A stretch of DNA of 44,948 nucleotides, counting the filler, from an uncultured Methanosarcinales archaeon (GTDB lineage: Archaea; Nanobdellota; Nanobdellia; Woesearchaeales; DSVV01): assembly GCA_964593285.1 (NCBI GenBank). It is 8 parts of 8 records of this genome, joined end to end, with 100 filler letters (N's around TTAATTAATTAA, not from the genome) between each part and the next. Parts side by side here need not be neighbours in the genome. Positions count along the whole stretch, not along the records: positions 8,444 to 15,980 come from CAZQHZ010000031.1; positions 16,081 to 22,492 come from CAZQHZ010000032.1; 6 more parts are not named here. One strand, 5' to 3'. Below are positions 8,450 to 18,470 of this stretch, in pieces. Every line of letters starts with the position of its first letter. Position 1 is the first letter of the stretch. Made by a program: the position numbers and the translations under genes. The notes beneath the pieces are model-generated. The model saw nothing but the letters and a program-made list of their open reading frames with translations. It did no database searches and was not told the origin of the DNA.

Positions 8450-9433
8450 CTATTTCCAATTTACCTTAATTTCATCAGTTCTCTCATATGGTTTAATTAC
8501 TGTGTCTTTTAATGAATATTTTTTATTTTTATCATACATTTTTATTCCAAGCCATGCAATCATTACACCATTATCAACTAAAAATTCATTTTCTGGAATG
8601 TAGCATCTAATTTTTCTATTTTTACACATTAATTTAGCCATTTCTTGAAATCTTTTATTACAACAAACACCACCACCAAGCAACAATTCATTTTTTTCAC
8701 AATGAGAAATTCCTCTTTCTGTAACTTCTAGGAGCATTGCAAAAATTGTTTCCTGAACGCTATAGCATATATCGTAAATATCATATTTATTAGATTTTAT
8801 TTTTTGTTTTAAATTTGTTAATAATCCACCAAAACCTGTATCCATTCCTTTAACTAAATATGGTAATTTGATAAAATTTTTACCTTTTAATGAATATTCA
8901 TATATTTTTGGACCACCTGGAAACCCTAAATTTAATTCCCTTGCAAGACAATCCAAAAAATTACCCGCACCAATATCTAATGTTTCTCCAAAAATCCTAT
9001 ATTTTCCTTCTTGAAAAGAAATAACTTGAGTATTTGCTCCAGAAACATACAATAACAACGGATCTTTTACATTAAAAAGCATATTACCTATTTCAAGATG
9101 TGAAATACAATGATTTACTCCAATAATTGGTTTATTTAAATGTAAACTAAGACTTCTTGCAACACTTGCACCAATTCTTAATGTATGACCAAGTCCTGGG
9201 CCAATAGAAAAACTTATTAAATCTATTTGACTCAAATTTATTTTTGCAATTTTTAATGATTCTTTTAAGATTAAATCAAAATTTTTCAAATGATGTTCTG
9301 CTGCTTTTACTGGAATTATCCCACCTTTTTTTGTTGTAAATGTTTTTTTAACATTTGCTAATACTTTTTTTTTACTATCAACTATTCCAATTCCAAAAGT
9401 GTGAGCAGTTGATTCAATTCCAAGACATATCAT
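8450..9433 (-). CDS. kae1: tRNA t6A threonylcarbamoyltransferase Kae1 (KEOPS), standalone
   Basis: LGIESTAHTFGIG, GPGLG, NHCISHLE, LYVSGANTQ, GETLDIGAGN, DNGVMIAW. Confidence 0.95.
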   Translation of the reverse strand: MICLGIESTAHTFGIGIVDSKKKVLANVKKTFTTKKGGIIPVKAAEHHLKNFDLILKESLKIAKINLSQIDLISFSIGPGLGHTLRIGASVARSLSLHLNKPIIGVNHCISHLEIGNMLFNVKDPLLLYVSGANTQVISFQEGKYRIFGETLDIGAGNFLDCLARELNLGFPGGPKIYEYSLKGKNFIKLPYLVKGMDTGFGGLLTNLKQKIKSNKYDIYDICYSVQETIFAMLLEVTERGISHCEKNELLLGGGVCCNKRFQEMAKLMCKNRKIRCYIPENEFLVDNGVMIAWLGIKMYDKNKKYSLKDTVIKPYERTDEIKVNWK

Positions 9434-9539
9434 ATTTAAATAGAATTTAATAGTTTTTATAAATATTACTTATTTTTTGAAATTTAATTATTTTAATATA
9501 GTTAATTAACTTTAAATAATATTAAATTATTTTCATTTT

Positions 9540-10553
9540 ATGAAAATTAAAAAAACATCTTTTATTTTATTTTTAACATTAATATTTATTTCATTAATTG
9601 CTTGTGATAATGATAATTTAAACGATAATGAAAAAACAATTTTAAAATTTTCAGATACAAGAGAATTAATGGATACTTTTGTTACAATTACAATTTATTC
9701 AGATAATGAAAAAAAAGCAAATAATGCTTTAGAATTGGCTTTTTTAGAAATAGAAAAAATTGAAAAAAAGTTTAATATTTTTGATAATAATTCACAAATT
9801 TATAAATTAAATAAAAATAATTATTTAATTACAGACGATTTAGAAATTAAATATTTAATAAATCAATCAATTAAATACTATTATTTAACAAATGAAAGTT
9901 TTGATATAACAATTCAACCCATTTTAGATTTATACACTAAATCTTTTATGGAAACTAATAAACCACCAGCTGATTCTTTAATTGAAGAATATTTAAATTA
10001 CATTGGAAGTGATAAAATTATAATTAATGATACAGGAATTTATTTTTTAAATGATAAAATTAATATAACTCTTGGAGGGATTGTAAAAGGGTATGCTGTT
10101 GATACTGCTGTTAATACGCTAAAGGATAATAATATTACTTCAGGATTAGTTAATGCAGGTGGTGATTTGTTTGCTTTTGGAAAAAAACCAAATAATGAAA
10201 AATTTATTGTTGGATTAACAAACCCTGATAATACAACTGAATTTATTGAAAAATTTTCAATATCAAATAAAGCTACTGCAACATCTGGTAATTATGAAAG
10301 ATATTTTGATTTAGAAAAAAAATCTCATCATATATTAAGCCCAATAACTGGTAAATCTGCACAGGGCATAATTTCAACAACAGTTATTAGCGATTCTGCA
10401 ACTAAAGCAGATGCATTATCTACTGCAATTTTTATTTTAGGTGAAAAAAAAGGAATTGAATTAATTAATGAATTAGAAAATACTGAAGCATTAATTATAA
10501 CTATAGATAAAGAATTATTCTATTCAAATAATTTCAAAGAAAATTATAATTAA
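9540..10553 (+). CDS. apbE: FAD:protein FMN transferase (ApbE), predicted lipoprotein
   Basis: LMDT start motif, FDITIQP, LGGIVKGYAVD, NAGGD, ATSGNYERY, HHILSPITG, ADALSTA; lipobox LIAC. Confidence 0.93.
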   Translation: MKIKKTSFILFLTLIFISLIACDNDNLNDNEKTILKFSDTRELMDTFVTITIYSDNEKKANNALELAFLEIEKIEKKFNIFDNNSQIYKLNKNNYLITDDLEIKYLINQSIKYYYLTNESFDITIQPILDLYTKSFMETNKPPADSLIEEYLNYIGSDKIIINDTGIYFLNDKINITLGGIVKGYAVDTAVNTLKDNNITSGLVNAGGDLFAFGKKPNNEKFIVGLTNPDNTTEFIEKFSISNKATATSGNYERYFDLEKKSHHILSPITGKSAQGIISTTVISDSATKADALSTAIFILGEKKGIELINELENTEALIITIDKELFYSNNFKENYN

Positions 10554-10588
10554 ATAAATTTTAATATTAATTAATTGTTTTTAAAAAA

Positions 10589-11311
10589 ATGATAATTTTA
10601 GATGATATTAAATTAATTGATTTATCTATTTTTTTAGAAAAAACAAAGACACTTATAATTTCTGATATACATATAGGATATGAAGAATCATTAAATAAGC
10701 AAGGTTTTTTAATTCCTAGGCACCAATTTAAATTAACCTATGATAAATTAAATAAATTATTAAAAAAAACTAAACCAAAAAGAATTATTATAAACGGAGA
10801 TTTAAAACATGAATTTGGTATTATTTCACAAACTGAATGGGTGCATACTTTAAAAATAATTGATTTATTATTATCTTTTTCAAGTAATTTGTGTTTAATA
10901 AAAGGAAATCATGATAATATTTTAGATCCAATTACTAAAAAAAGAAATATTGAAATTAAAGATTATATTATTTTAGATAATTTATTAATTATTCATGGAA
11001 ACAAACTACCTGAAAATAATTTATTAAAAGGAATTACTACAATTATAATTGGTCATGAACATCCTGCAATTTCAATTGAAAATTACCCTCGAACTGAAAA
11101 ATTTAAATGTTTTATATTAGGAAAATATAAAAGCAAAAATTTATTAGTATTGCCTTCATTTAATTTAATTACAACTGGCACAAATATTTTAAAAGAAAAA
11201 TTATTAAGTCCGTTTTTAAACCAAGATATGAATAATTTTAATGTTTATATCATTGGTAATGAAATATTTGATTTTGGTAAAATTAAAGATTTAAAAAATA
11301 TAACTAAGTAA
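10589..11311 (+). CDS. Calcineurin-like metallophosphoesterase (ICC-like, archaeal type)
   Basis: SDIHIGYE, NGDLKHEF, KGNHD, IHG, GHEHPAI, VLPSFN. Confidence 0.9.
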   Translation: MIILDDIKLIDLSIFLEKTKTLIISDIHIGYEESLNKQGFLIPRHQFKLTYDKLNKLLKKTKPKRIIINGDLKHEFGIISQTEWVHTLKIIDLLLSFSSNLCLIKGNHDNILDPITKKRNIEIKDYIILDNLLIIHGNKLPENNLLKGITTIIIGHEHPAISIENYPRTEKFKCFILGKYKSKNLLVLPSFNLITTGTNILKEKLLSPFLNQDMNNFNVYIIGNEIFDFGKIKDLKNITK

Positions 11312-11313
11312 AA

Positions 11314-11721
11314 ATGCCACGAAAAAAACGAAATTTTATAATAAAACATTTAGCAAAAAAATATAGTAATTTTAAAAGAACTTTTAAGCAAAATCCTATT
11401 AAAAATAGTTTAATATTAATTTTAAGTTTTATCATTTTATATTTTTTAGGTAGCATAATTTATCAATATTTAGGATCTTTAGCGTTGATTGGTTATTTTT
11501 TCACCTGCATTTATGGGATGGGTAAAATATTAAAAAAACCTTGGAGATTATTTATTTGGGCAATTGGTTATGCATTAGTTACTATTGGAACAAGTTTATT
11601 TTTTACTGAAATATATCCTGATTTAAACCAAAAAATAACTTCTTTTAGTTTATCTTTTCTATTTAGTATAATAATTATTTTATTATTACTTTTAAATGGA
11701 TTAAGACTTAGAAAATACTAA
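11314..11721 (+). CDS. Hypothetical membrane protein
   Basis: About 4 hydrophobic segments; 2-nt gap from the upstream gene. Confidence 0.7.
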   Translation: MPRKKRNFIIKHLAKKYSNFKRTFKQNPIKNSLILILSFIILYFLGSIIYQYLGSLALIGYFFTCIYGMGKILKKPWRLFIWAIGYALVTIGTSLFFTEIYPDLNQKITSFSLSFLFSIIIILLLLLNGLRLRKY

Positions 11722-11749
11722 AATAAATAACTTTTAAATCTTTATAGAT

Positions 11750-12421
11750 TTAATTTATTCGTTTTAACCAAAAAATATATTTATAAATTATAGAAGCAAA
11801 AGTTCCAAAATAGCCAGCCCATATTGTTTCTTCAATTGGCACATTTAAAAGTATTATTCCACTCAAATTAAATATGCTCCATTCATTTAAAAATCCACTA
11901 AATATATTAAAAAAAAACAAACAAAATAGATTATAAAATATCATAAAAGATATTGTTCCAAAAATCATATCTTTTATTAAATCTTTTCTAACTATACTAA
12001 CTAATACAATTTGAATAGTCATTATTATAAAAATAGAATACATAAAATTAATTGGTATAAAAATTGAAATAAAAATTAAAGCAATTGGGACAAAAATAAT
12101 TATTCTATTAATAAAATATTTTTTATAATTCTTTTCAATATAAAATTTATATTTACCTTTAAAAAAAAGTTGGTATAAACTAGATGCAATTCCACCAGTA
12201 GAGAAGCTAAAAATAAAACTTTCAATATCAAATCCTAAAAAACTAAATAAAACTTCTGGATTCCAATACACTGGAACAAAAAAAATTTGTAAAAAACCTC
12301 CAATAGAAATAATCAAACTAGAAACAATCATTTCCTTTTTATATTCTTTTTTTAATATTAAAAATATAAAAAACCAAATAACTAATAAAATAATACAACC
12401 AATTAAATAAAAATAATACAT
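11750..12421 (-). CDS. Lycopene cyclase domain-like integral membrane protein
   Basis: Multi-TM; YWNP...DIESFIFSFSTGGIAS and EW...SGIILLNVPIEETIW motifs. Confidence 0.7.
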   Translation of the reverse strand: MYYFYLIGCIILLVIWFFIFLILKKEYKKEMIVSSLIISIGGFLQIFFVPVYWNPEVLFSFLGFDIESFIFSFSTGGIASSLYQLFFKGKYKFYIEKNYKKYFINRIIIFVPIALIFISIFIPINFMYSIFIIMTIQIVLVSIVRKDLIKDMIFGTISFMIFYNLFCLFFFNIFSGFLNEWSIFNLSGIILLNVPIEETIWAGYFGTFASIIYKYIFWLKRIN

Positions 12422-12501
12422 TTTTTTTAGATTTTTTAGTTAATATTTATAATTAATTATTTTAACAAGTTTTATATTTTAATATTTTATTCTTTAAAAA
12501 T

Positions 12502-13890
12502 ATGACTAATAATAAAAAAATATTGTTAATAAATCCACCATTTTCAACAGTTGTAAGTCCACCTTATTCAATTACTTACTTAAACCAATTTTTAATAAAT
12601 AATTTAGATTCAACTAAATTTGAAATTAATGTATTAGATTTAAATATTTTTTTCCATAATTTAGAATATAAAAATGAAAAAGAATTTTATCAAAATTTTT
12701 CAAATAATTTTGATTTAAAGCAATATAACAATATTTCAAAAGAGTTTAGAGATAAAACAAAAAATGATTATGCAAAAAATAATTTATTAATTGTAAATAA
12801 TAAAAATCCAAAACACATTGATAAATTAATTGAAAAAATTAAATCATTTAAACCAGATATTATTGGAATAAGTATAGTTTATTCAAGTCAAGCTTTTTAT
12901 GCACAAAAAATAGTAGATAATTTAAAAAATGAAAATATAAAAATAATTATTGGAGGGCCTAGCGTTAATGAAAAATTAAAATCTAAAGCAACTTATCTAG
13001 CAAATGAAATAGAATTTTTAAATGAAATTTTAAATAAAAAACTAGATATTGAAAAAATAAATTTTAATACAATTCTTGATTATTCTATATTTAATGACTT
13101 GGATTATTTTACTCCTAAAATGATTTATCCAGTAAAAACTTCTAATACATGTTATTATCAAAAATGTAGTTTTTGTAATCATCATAATAATCAAACTTAT
13201 TTTGAATATTCCTTAGATAATATTGAAGAAACAATTAAAAAATTAAAGCATAAAAATGTTTTTTTTATTGATGATATGATACATAAAAAAAGATTACTTG
13301 AAATTGCAAAAATTACTAAAAAATATAATGTTAAATGGTTTTGTCAGTTAAAGCCAACTAATGATTTTGATTTAGAAACATTGAAAATTTTAAAGGATTC
13401 TGGGTTATTAATGATAATTTGGGGTGTTGAATCTGGGTGCGATAGAATATTAAAATTAATGCAAAAAGGAACTAATAAAGCAGATATTCAAAACGTCTTA
13501 TTAAATTCAAAAAAGGTAGGAATTTTTAATGTTGTTTATTTAATGTTTGGTTTTCCAACAGAAACAAAAGAAGAATTTAAAAAAACAATTAATTTTGCAA
13601 TTTTAAATAAAAATAATATTGATTTAATCTCTACATCAACTTTTGGCTTACAAAAAAATACCGTTATTTTTAATAATCCAAAAAAATTTGGTATTAAAAA
13701 AATCAATGAAGAAAAACGAACAATACTTGAACCAAAAATTAGTTTTGAATGTTTTGTTGGATTAACTAGAGATGAATTAAAAAAACTAAAAAAAATTCAT
13801 TTTAAAAAACTAGAAAAAATAAACAAATTTCCAAAGATGATGAATTATTTTAGAGAACATATGTTTATTTTAGCTATAAATAAACAATAA
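12502..13890 (+). CDS. B12-binding domain radical SAM protein
   Basis: LLINPPF..PPYSITYL, PDIIGIS, IIIGGP, CYYQKCSFC (Cx4CxxC), WGVESG, MFGFPTET. Confidence 0.88.
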   Translation: MTNNKKILLINPPFSTVVSPPYSITYLNQFLINNLDSTKFEINVLDLNIFFHNLEYKNEKEFYQNFSNNFDLKQYNNISKEFRDKTKNDYAKNNLLIVNNKNPKHIDKLIEKIKSFKPDIIGISIVYSSQAFYAQKIVDNLKNENIKIIIGGPSVNEKLKSKATYLANEIEFLNEILNKKLDIEKINFNTILDYSIFNDLDYFTPKMIYPVKTSNTCYYQKCSFCNHHNNQTYFEYSLDNIEETIKKLKHKNVFFIDDMIHKKRLLEIAKITKKYNVKWFCQLKPTNDFDLETLKILKDSGLLMIIWGVESGCDRILKLMQKGTNKADIQNVLLNSKKVGIFNVVYLMFGFPTETKEEFKKTINFAILNKNNIDLISTSTFGLQKNTVIFNNPKKFGIKKINEEKRTILEPKISFECFVGLTRDELKKLKKIHFKKLEKINKFPKMMNYFREHMFILAINKQ

Positions 13891-13938
13891 TAGCAATAAT
13901 AATAATAACATTTATGTTTTTTAACAATTATTAAACAA

Positions 13939-14838
13939 TTACAGATTAATCTTTTTATTTGTAAAATCAACATTAATTAACTTTTCAAACTCATCAACTG
14001 TTCTTTTAGTTCCAATATCATATTTACCTAAACTATCATTTATTAAATCACGATTTTTATCAAATAATTTATTAAATCTTTTAATTGAATTTTCATTTAT
14101 TTTATACCACTCTTTATAATCTTCCCAGTGTCTTGCTCTATTTGTATTTTGATTATAATTATGATATGCAATAACACATGCAGGATTATAAATATCCCAG
14201 CCTTTAGTAAAACACCTTAATGCAAAAGTTATTTCTTCACCAATAAAATAAAGATTTGGGTCATATGGCATGTCATTAATAATTTCACCAAATGAAAACA
14301 AAAATCCTGCACTAATAAAATAAACAACAAATGGGTTTTTATTATTTTCATCAAAAACATGAATACCTGAATTTAAGGTTAAAAGACCACTTTCATCAAA
14401 TTTATTAGGTTTTATTATAACTAAGCCATCTTCTTGAAAATCATCAGGTGGAGTAAAAGATAAAGGATAAGTTGATAATATAGATTTTTTATTATTTATA
14501 CTTACATTATTTAATATTTCAATTAATTTAATATCCCAATCTTTAAGAAATCGCATGTGACTGTCAATTTGAAAATAATATTTTTCATTATTGTATAAAG
14601 ATTGTATTAAAGATCTGACCCAGCAAACACCATAACTGTGAGTAAAATGTAAATCAATTATTTTAATTTGTTTTCTAATATTTTCATCAAATTTTAAAAT
14701 TTGACTTCCATCATGTTGTAAACATAAACCAATAACTAAATTTTCTGGATGTTTTGCTTTACTAAATAAATCATTAATAGTATTAATACAATCATCATCT
14801 CTATATGATGCAATTGAAACAAAAATTTTATCTTCCAT
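13939..14838 (-). CDS. GlcNAc-transferase family glycosyltransferase (Skp1-hydroxyproline GlcNAcT/GT60-like)
   Basis: IFVSIASYRD, GVCWVRS, QIDSHMRF..WD, LSTYP, SAGFLF, PYDPNLYFIGEEI. Confidence 0.85.
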   Translation of the reverse strand: MEDKIFVSIASYRDDDCINTINDLFSKAKHPENLVIGLCLQHDGSQILKFDENIRKQIKIIDLHFTHSYGVCWVRSLIQSLYNNEKYYFQIDSHMRFLKDWDIKLIEILNNVSINNKKSILSTYPLSFTPPDDFQEDGLVIIKPNKFDESGLLTLNSGIHVFDENNKNPFVVYFISAGFLFSFGEIINDMPYDPNLYFIGEEITFALRCFTKGWDIYNPACVIAYHNYNQNTNRARHWEDYKEWYKINENSIKRFNKLFDKNRDLINDSLGKYDIGTKRTVDEFEKLINVDFTNKKINL

Positions 14839-14999
14839 TTTTTCTAAATAATTTTTAATTAATTTAAATTAAACTTTATTAAATTCATATATAAATTTTT
14901 TGTTGTATTTTTATTTACTAATTAAAATAAACAAATTTATTTAATAAATAATTAAATTATTCAAAAAATTATTATATTTTAGAATATTTCTAAAAAAAT

Positions 15000-15980
15000 A
15001 TGAAAGAAGCATTATTTTATAAAATTGAAAATAATTCAATTAAATGCATGTTATGCCCACATAATTGCATTATTGATAAAGGTAAACTTGGGCTTTGCAA
15101 AGTAAGAATAAATATTGATAATAAATTATATTCGAAAGTTTATTTTAATCCAGTTTCATTAAACATTGATCCAATAGAAAAAAAACCATTATATCATTTT
15201 CTACCTTTAACTAAAACATTATCTATTGGAACAGTTGGCTGTAATATGAAATGTATGCATTGTCAAAATTTTGAAATATCGCAATTTGATAATTTTTTAG
15301 AAAATGAAAAAAAAGAACCAAAAGAAATTGTTGATATTGCAATAAAAAATAAATGTGAATCCATATCTTATACATACAACGAACCAACTATATTTTTTGA
15401 ATATGTATATGATATAGCAAAAATTGCAAAAGAAAATAACATAAAAAATGTTTTAGTTACAAATGGATTTATCAATAAAGAACCTGCTAAAATGTTATGT
15501 GAAGTAATTGATGCTGTAAATGTTGATTTAAAAGCATTTAATGAAGAATTTTATAAGAAAATATGTTTTGCTAAATTAAAAGATGTTAAAAATACATTAA
15601 AAATATTTTATGAAAATGATTTACATTTAGAAATTACATATCTAGTTATTGATAAATTAAATGATGATTTAAACGAAATAGAAGAAATGTGTAAATGGAT
15701 TAAAAAAAATTTAAATGAAAATATCCCAATACATTTTTCAAAAGCATTTCCAATGTATAAAATGCAAAATATTATTCCAACACCAACTAAAACTCTAATA
15801 GATATTGAAAAAATTGCAAAAAAATATTTAAATTATGTATATCTTGGAAATTTAAACAATGATAATAATATTTATTGTCCAAATTGTAAAAAATTAATAT
15901 TAGAAAGATTTAATTATGATAAACAATTTATTAAAAATAATAAATGTGTATTTTGTAATAAAAAAATTTTTGGAGTATTT
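15000..15980 (+). CDS. amrS: AmmeMemoRadiSam system radical SAM enzyme (ends at contig edge)
   Basis: CMLCPHNC..GLCKVR, DPIEKKPLYHF, GCNMKCMHCQNFEISQ, YTYNEP, CPNC...CVFC. Confidence 0.9.
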
Positions 15981-16080
15981 NNNNNNNNNNNNNNNNNNNN
16001 NNNNNNNNNNNNNNNNNNNNNNNNTTAATTAATTAANNNNNNNNNNNNNNNNNNNNNNNNNNNNNNNNNNNNNNNNNNNN
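15981..16080. other. Artificial contig linker
   Basis: N-TTAATTAATTAA-N. Confidence 0.98.
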
Positions 16081-17420
16081 GAATCATGAACTGTGTTTAC
16101 AACATTTACAACATCTTTATATGCAAGTGGTGCTTCTTCTGCTAGTGATGAAATGTTTGGCGATTTACTTATAATTCCAACATTTGCTAAATCTTTTTGA
16201 ATTTCACCACCCCTAAAAGTTTTAATTGCTTGATTTCTAGACATAACTCGTCCAGCTCCATGACAACTAGAACCAAAAGTTTTAACTAATGCATCATCAG
16301 TTCCTTTACAAATGTAAGAAGCTGTACCCATAGAGCCTGCAATTATAACAGGCTTATTTGGATATGCCCTTGTTGCACCTTTTCTGTGTATATACATATC
16401 TTTGCCATTTATATTTTCTAATTTTACAATATTGTGTGCAATTGCATAAACTGTATGCATTCCTAAATCCTGCCAATCTTTTTTAAAAACTTTTTCAAAA
16501 ACTTCACGTATCCAGTGTGTCATAACTAATCTATTAGTAAAAGCATAATTTACAGCACACTTCATTGCACTAAAATAATCTTGTGCTTCTTTTGAATTAA
16601 CAGGTGCACATGCAAGTTGTCTATCTGGTAATTTAATATTATATTTTTTTACAGCTTCTTCATGAATTTTTAAATAATCAGTTGCAACTTGATGACCAAG
16701 ACCTCGAGAGCCACAATGTAGCATTATCATTACTTGTCCTTCCTTTTTCATAAAATGTTTATTTGCAAAATCCTTATCATAAATTTTTGAAATTTTTTGA
16801 ATTTCAAGAAAATGATTCCCTGCACCTAAAGTTCCAAGTTGCGATAAACCTCGTTTTTTTGCTAAATCTGAAACTAAATTTGCATTTGCATTTTTCATGC
16901 ATCCTTCTTCTTCTGTTGCTAAAATATCTTCTTTTGTACCATAACCCTTTGATGCTGCAAAATTAACACCATTAACTAAAACATCATCAATTTCCTCCCT
17001 AGTTAATCTCAGTTTCCCTTTTGCACCAACCCCGCAAGGTATTTTTTTAAATAATTCTTCAATTAATTCTTTTAATTTTGGTTTTATTTCTTCATAAGTT
17101 AAATTAGTAGCAATAGAATTAATACCACAATTAATATCAAAACCACAAAGACCAGAAGAAATAACCCCATTGTTACTATCAAATGCAGCAACCGCTCCCA
17201 TAGGCAGGCCATATCCAAAATGTGCATCAGGAAGTGCAATTACAGGTTCAATCACACCAGGCATACAAGCAACATTTGCTAACTGATTAATAGCTTCATC
17301 CTCAACTAAATCATAAATTAATTTATTTGCAAACAATTTTCCTTTAACATTCATATCTTCTCGTGAACTTTTTGGTAAATCCCATTCATTATCATTAATT
17401 TGAACTAATTTTTCTTTCAT
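16081..17420 (-). CDS. rtcB: RNA-splicing ligase RtcB (3'-truncated by contig edge)
   Basis: PDAHFGYGLPMG, GFDINCG, LGTLGAGNHFLE, HCGSRGLG, HRKGATRA, SSCHGAGR, EEAPLAYKDV; SD GAGGGG. Confidence 0.95.
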
Positions 17421-17490
17421 TTAAATCCCCTCTTAACTTAAGAAATACACAATAATTTAAAAATTATTTTATAATATTTTTATAATAATT

Positions 17491-18219
17491 CTATGCAACA
17501 TAAGTTACAGGTACTTTTTTTTGCAATATATCATCTAAATCATATTTAACATGGCTTATATACATTTTTGCCTTTGAATCCAAAATAATTTTAGCACAAT
17601 TCAATTTACTTTCAAAACCACCATTACCCAAATTACTTTTATCTATACAAAAATTATATTGCTTATTGATTTCTTTTATTGAAGATAAATCAAAAACTTT
17701 TTCATTATTTCTAATAAAACAATCATAATCGCCCCCAAGAAACATAATAAGCCTTGATGCATTACAATAATTTGTAATAACCCCTGCTGGAACATCATTA
17801 TCAAGTCTTAACTGATCAAAATCTGTACTATCATTCCAATTAATTAAAGAAATCCTTTTTTTATTTCTATTTTCATCAATTAAATTTTTAACTTTATTTG
17901 AATCAATTAAATCATCAATTGTAATTAATAATTGTCCTGTATTTAAACTAAATAAATCATCATAAAGATTCATTAACTTAGGCTGACCAACACTTGCATA
18001 ACCTTGTAATTCAACTGTTGATAATTCTTCTTTTTTTCGTTTTTCATTTTCAAGAAGCATACCATATGGAATTGCACCTGAAACAACTAAAACACTATCA
18101 ATACCTTCATTTGTTAAATTTTCAATCTCTGTTGCTTTTTTTTCAACATATTTAGTATTTAACTTACCATATTTATCAAAAATACAAGCTGAACCAAATT
18201 TTAATATCTGTAGCATCAT
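17491..18219 (-). CDS. Glutamate 5-kinase-like amino acid kinase (no PUA domain)
   Basis: ILKFGSA, VLVVSGAI, ASVGQPKL, GQLLIT, DND, GNGGFESKL; start moved to ATG 18219/18216 after AGGTGGT SD. Confidence 0.75.
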   Translation of the reverse strand: MMLQILKFGSACIFDKYGKLNTKYVEKKATEIENLTNEGIDSVLVVSGAIPYGMLLENEKRKKEELSTVELQGYASVGQPKLMNLYDDLFSLNTGQLLITIDDLIDSNKVKNLIDENRNKKRISLINWNDSTDFDQLRLDNDVPAGVITNYCNASRLIMFLGGDYDCFIRNNEKVFDLSSIKEINKQYNFCIDKSNLGNGGFESKLNCAKIILDSKAKMYISHVKYDLDDILQKKVPVTYVA

Positions 18220-18470
18220 AACCACCTTTTCTGTAACAAAACATAACAACTATTTAAATTTTGTTTTTTTAATTACTAAATAGTAGTATTTAAAATTTAT
18301 GTTTGAAGCAAAGACTATTTCTAAAATCATTAGACCTATAACTTGTTTGTAAAAATAAGCCATTTTTATTTTTTTACCACGAAAATTATAAAATAAATAA
18401 ATTTTTCAAAAATATTTATAAAGTAAAAAAAAATTCTTATTATTTTAAGGATGATTGGGGTGTAATTTAA

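Noticed and set aside
11750..12421. Carotenoid biosynthesis cluster
   Set aside because: Only an isolated lycopene-cyclase-like membrane domain; no crtB/crtI nearby
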